Shown: piece after piece, positions 61,016 to 64,000 of the stretch
Layout of the letters: every line of letters begins with the position of its first letter
How positions within the stretch are numbered: the stretch's first letter is position 1
Assembly: GCA_965222615.1 (NCBI GenBank)
Contig: CBDCUI010000007.1
Span: 128,001-192,000 of the forward strand
DNA from: Gammaproteobacteria bacterium
GTDB taxonomy: Bacteria > Pseudomonadota > Gammaproteobacteria > UBA4575
Length of the DNA stretch: 64,000 nt
Reading direction: 5' to 3'
Position numbers and translations under genes: made by a program
The notes under the pieces: generated by a model
The model's input: only the letters and a program-made list of their open reading frames with translations
Databases searched by the model: none
What the model was told of the DNA's origin: nothing

Positions 61016-63013
61016 CTAACTTAACATTTCTAGTGCTTGCTGAATGATATTCTCTTCACTAAAACCAAAATGCTGCATTACCACATTTCCTGGTGCTGAA
61101 GCACCAAAAGTATCTATACCAATTGTACGTCCTTCAATGCCAACGTATTTACACCAGTAATCTGACACACCTGCTTCAATCGCTAGACGCTTGCCAACCG
61201 ACTTGGGTAAGACCGATTCTTTATAAATCTCATCTTGAGCATCAAACACATCTGTACTCGGCATCGATACCATGCGTACCTGCCTGCCTTGCTGATTAAG
61301 TTGTTGGGCAGCATTTAATGCAATGCTCACTTCAGAGCCGGTTGCAATTAAAATAAGTTCAGGCGTTTGCGAACAATCATGTAATACATACCCACCCTTA
61401 GAAATCGCATCGACTTGTTGCGAGTTGCGTTCAATGAAGGGTAAATTTTGACGCGAAAACACTAAACAAGTGGGGCCAGATTTTTGTTCGATCGCAAATT
61501 TCCATGCCACCGCTGTTTCAACAGTATCCGCAGTGCGCCAAACTGACATATTGGGGATATAACGCAACGTTGCGAGCTGCTCAACGGCTTGATGGGTGGG
61601 CCCGTCTTCACCAAGACCGATTGAATCATGTGTATAAATAAATATATTTTGCAACTCCATCAATGCCGCCATGCGTAAGGCATTACGTGCATATTCTGAA
61701 AACACTAAGAAAGTTGCGCCATAAGGGATAAACCCGCCATGTAAGGCTATACCCGAATTGATAGCAGACATACCAAATTCTCGAACACCATAATAAATAT
61801 AATTCCCGCTACTATCATTAGAAGTAACCGCCTTAGAGCCTGACCACCAGGTATTATTAGAACCAGTCAGATCCGCAGAGCCACCGATTAACTCCGGTAA
61901 TAATTTTGCATAACCATCCAAAGCCAATTCAGAAGCCTTGCGTGTCGCAACGGTTTTCTTTTCATCAACAGCACAATTGATAACTTTTTGAGATTCTATA
62001 GACCAATTATCCGGCAGCTTACCATTCACTCTTCTTAAAAATTCTGCAGCACAATCCGGGTATTTATTCTGATACTCATTGAATCGTTCTTGCCATTGAT
62101 TTTCGAAGGCAGCTCCTCTTTCCGTAGCACTCCACTCACTATATATATTATCTGGAATCTGAAATGGCTCATGCCCCCAACCTATTTCTACTCGTACCTG
62201 TTGAATTTCATCCTCTCCAAGCGGAGCACCATGCGTACTTGCTGTTCCCTGCTTATTGGGCGAACCCCAACCAATAATCGTTTTACAACATATTAAGCTT
62301 GGTTTGGTGGAATCACTTTGTGCTTCTTCAATAGCCGCTTTAACTTTTGCAGCATTATGTCCGTCCACGTTTTCGACAACTTGCCAACCATAAGATTTAA
62401 ATCTGGTCGGAGTATCGTCGGTGTACCATGCTTCGACTTCACCATCAATTGAAATTCCATTATCGTCATAAAAGACAATTAATTTTCCAAGACCGAGTGT
62501 ACCTGCTAGCGAACACACCTCATGAGAAATACCCTCCATCAAACAACCATCCCCTACAAACACATAAGTGTAATGATCAACAATCTCTATATCATTCTTA
62601 TTAAATGTCGCTGCAAGAATTTTCTCTGCCAACGCCATTCCTACTGCATTACTAATTCCTTGTCCAAGTGGTCCTGTCGTGGTTTCCACTCCGGGTGTGT
62701 CGCCATATTCAGGATGACCCGGAGTTTTCGAATGTAGTTGTCGAAAGTTTTTAATCTCTTCAATCGATAAATCGTAGCCGCTTAAGTGAAGTAAGGAGTA
62801 CAGCAACATCGATCCGTGACCGTTTGAAACGACAAATCGATCGCGATCGGGCCATTGGGGATTCTTCGGGTTATGTTTTAAAAAGTCACTCCAAAGCACT
62901 TCAGCGATATCGGCCATGCCCATGGGCATACCGGGATGACCTGATTTAGCCTGCTGTACAGCATCCATACTCAATGCGCGAATGGCATTGGCGAGCTCTC
63001 TACGATTTTCCAT
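61016..63013 (-). CDS. tkt: Transketolase
   Basis: [39 protein letters not shown]; start at MENRRELAN. Confidence 0.98.
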   Translation of the reverse strand: MENRRELANAIRALSMDAVQQAKSGHPGMPMGMADIAEVLWSDFLKHNPKNPQWPDRDRFVVSNGHGSMLLYSLLHLSGYDLSIEEIKNFRQLHSKTPGHPEYGDTPGVETTTGPLGQGISNAVGMALAEKILAATFNKNDIEIVDHYTYVFVGDGCLMEGISHEVCSLAGTLGLGKLIVFYDDNGISIDGEVEAWYTDDTPTRFKSYGWQVVENVDGHNAAKVKAAIEEAQSDSTKPSLICCKTIIGWGSPNKQGTASTHGAPLGEDEIQQVRVEIGWGHEPFQIPDNIYSEWSATERGAAFENQWQERFNEYQNKYPDCAAEFLRRVNGKLPDNWSIESQKVINCAVDEKKTVATRKASELALDGYAKLLPELIGGSADLTGSNNTWWSGSKAVTSNDSSGNYIYYGVREFGMSAINSGIALHGGFIPYGATFLVFSEYARNALRMAALMELQNIFIYTHDSIGLGEDGPTHQAVEQLATLRYIPNMSVWRTADTVETAVAWKFAIEQKSGPTCLVFSRQNLPFIERNSQQVDAISKGGYVLHDCSQTPELILIATGSEVSIALNAAQQLNQQGRQVRMVSMPSTDVFDAQDEIYKESVLPKSVGKRLAIEAGVSDYWCKYVGIEGRTIGIDTFGASAPGNVVMQHFGFSEENIIQQALEMLS

Positions 63014-63216
63014 GCAATCGATACTTATATATATGGGAGTAGGGCCTGACGCCACTTGGTTTTATTTTTATGATCTTATTAATTAGGAAAGGCCCCGTTT
63101 ACAACAGGACCCAACAAATTCTATTCCCTTATTACGGGGTCGCTATTGTGAAATAGAACCCTAGTAAGGGCAACAATACATAGTGGATAAAACTTGTTCG
63201 ATTTCTACTCATATGC

Positions 63217-63999
63217 CTAATAATCGCTCATATTGGCAGAAAACTGCACCGGCACATTCACTGTAACCACGCCACCGTTAAGAATATCCGCTGTCAAGGA
63301 AACCGCATTGCCACCAATGCTTCCGCCACTAGCCGCACTACAACTGGAACCCGCAGTTGCCGAACAAGTCCATGGCGCAGACAATGTCACTCCATTTGGA
63401 AGATTATCTGCTATTGCAGCACCGGTAACATTATCAGGACCATTATTTCTCACAACAATGGTGTAAGTACCCGTTCCACCTGGTGTATAGGTCAAACTTC
63501 CATCGTCTTTAGTGATCGATAAATCTGCAGTTAAATTACTGTTTGTTACAGTACATACAACTGTCTCACTTATTCCAACAACAATTCCGGTAACAGGATT
63601 ACCAGGTGTTGATGAACCGTCGTCACAACTTGCACTTGTTAAACTCCAACCAGTAGGTACAGCCTCAGAAATTGAGTAAGTACCTGGAGCAACACTTGTA
63701 ACTATTGAATCTGATCCATTGATCGTCACCGAATTAGAACCACCAATAGAATCGGTAATAGTAAAATTAAATGCCGTTCCGTCATCAGGGGTTGCATTTT
63801 TAATTATGGTTATAAAGCCCCCTCCTACAACCGCAAGTAAATCAACAGGATTTGAATTTGGGCTAGAAGAATTAAACGAGGCCGCATTCACCTGCGCAGC
63901 TCCGGGTGGGATATCTCTAATATCTATTGTGCATTCCGCAACAGTATCATCCGGATAATCGTCTCCTGGGCCATTGGGAACCGTTGCATCAAATGGATC
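63217..63999 (-). CDS. C-terminal part of a surface protein with prealbumin-like and DUF11-type Ig domains (5'-truncated)
   Basis: Frame open to window edge; ITIIKNA.P...F.F...PGTYSISE...C...VVCTVTN; ADLSITK...YTIVV.NNGP. Confidence 0.8.
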   Translation of the reverse strand, partial: DPFDATVPNGPGDDYPDDTVAECTIDIRDIPPGAAQVNAASFNSSSPNSNPVDLLAVVGGGFITIIKNATPDDGTAFNFTITDSIGGSNSVTINGSDSIVTSVAPGTYSISEAVPTGWSLTSASCDDGSSTPGNPVTGIVVGISETVVCTVTNSNLTADLSITKDDGSLTYTPGGTGTYTIVVRNNGPDNVTGAAIADNLPNGVTLSAPWTCSATAGSSCSAASGGSIGGNAVSLTADILNGGVVTVNVPVQFSANMSDY

Positions 64000-64000
64000 G

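Overview
AT-rich gammaproteobacterial chromosome segment. The housekeeping backbone is rplM-rpsI, glcF-coq7/speD-osmC/crp, rpe-gph-trpEGDC, purEK/purC, bioD, glnK-amtB and tkt-gap-pgk-pyk-fba (class I). Accessory loci: a convergently arranged chaperone-usher pilus cluster with three pilin-like subunits; a ~14-kb island (c-type cytochrome with Cys/Asp repeats, porin, ColR/ColS-like two-component system, five-gene 'thermostable haemolysin'/acyl-CoA ligase/haem-oxygenase-like oxidase/SDR/TPR operon, and a facing TetR-MMPL-LolA-like-beta-barrel exporter); and a Phd/Doc-type toxin-antitoxin pair. Reading outside the ORF track gave a candidate ~90-nt anti-Shine-Dalgarno sRNA upstream of rplM, a trpE leader peptide, a 57-aa antitoxin, an apparent ATA start for Doc, and Zur, NtrC, TetR and ColR-type operator candidates. 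It also gave three families of small palindromic repeats, two cases of which are nested inside one another. No rRNA, tRNA, CRISPR array, transposase or integrase was seen. All calls come from motif recognition by eye; no database search was run.
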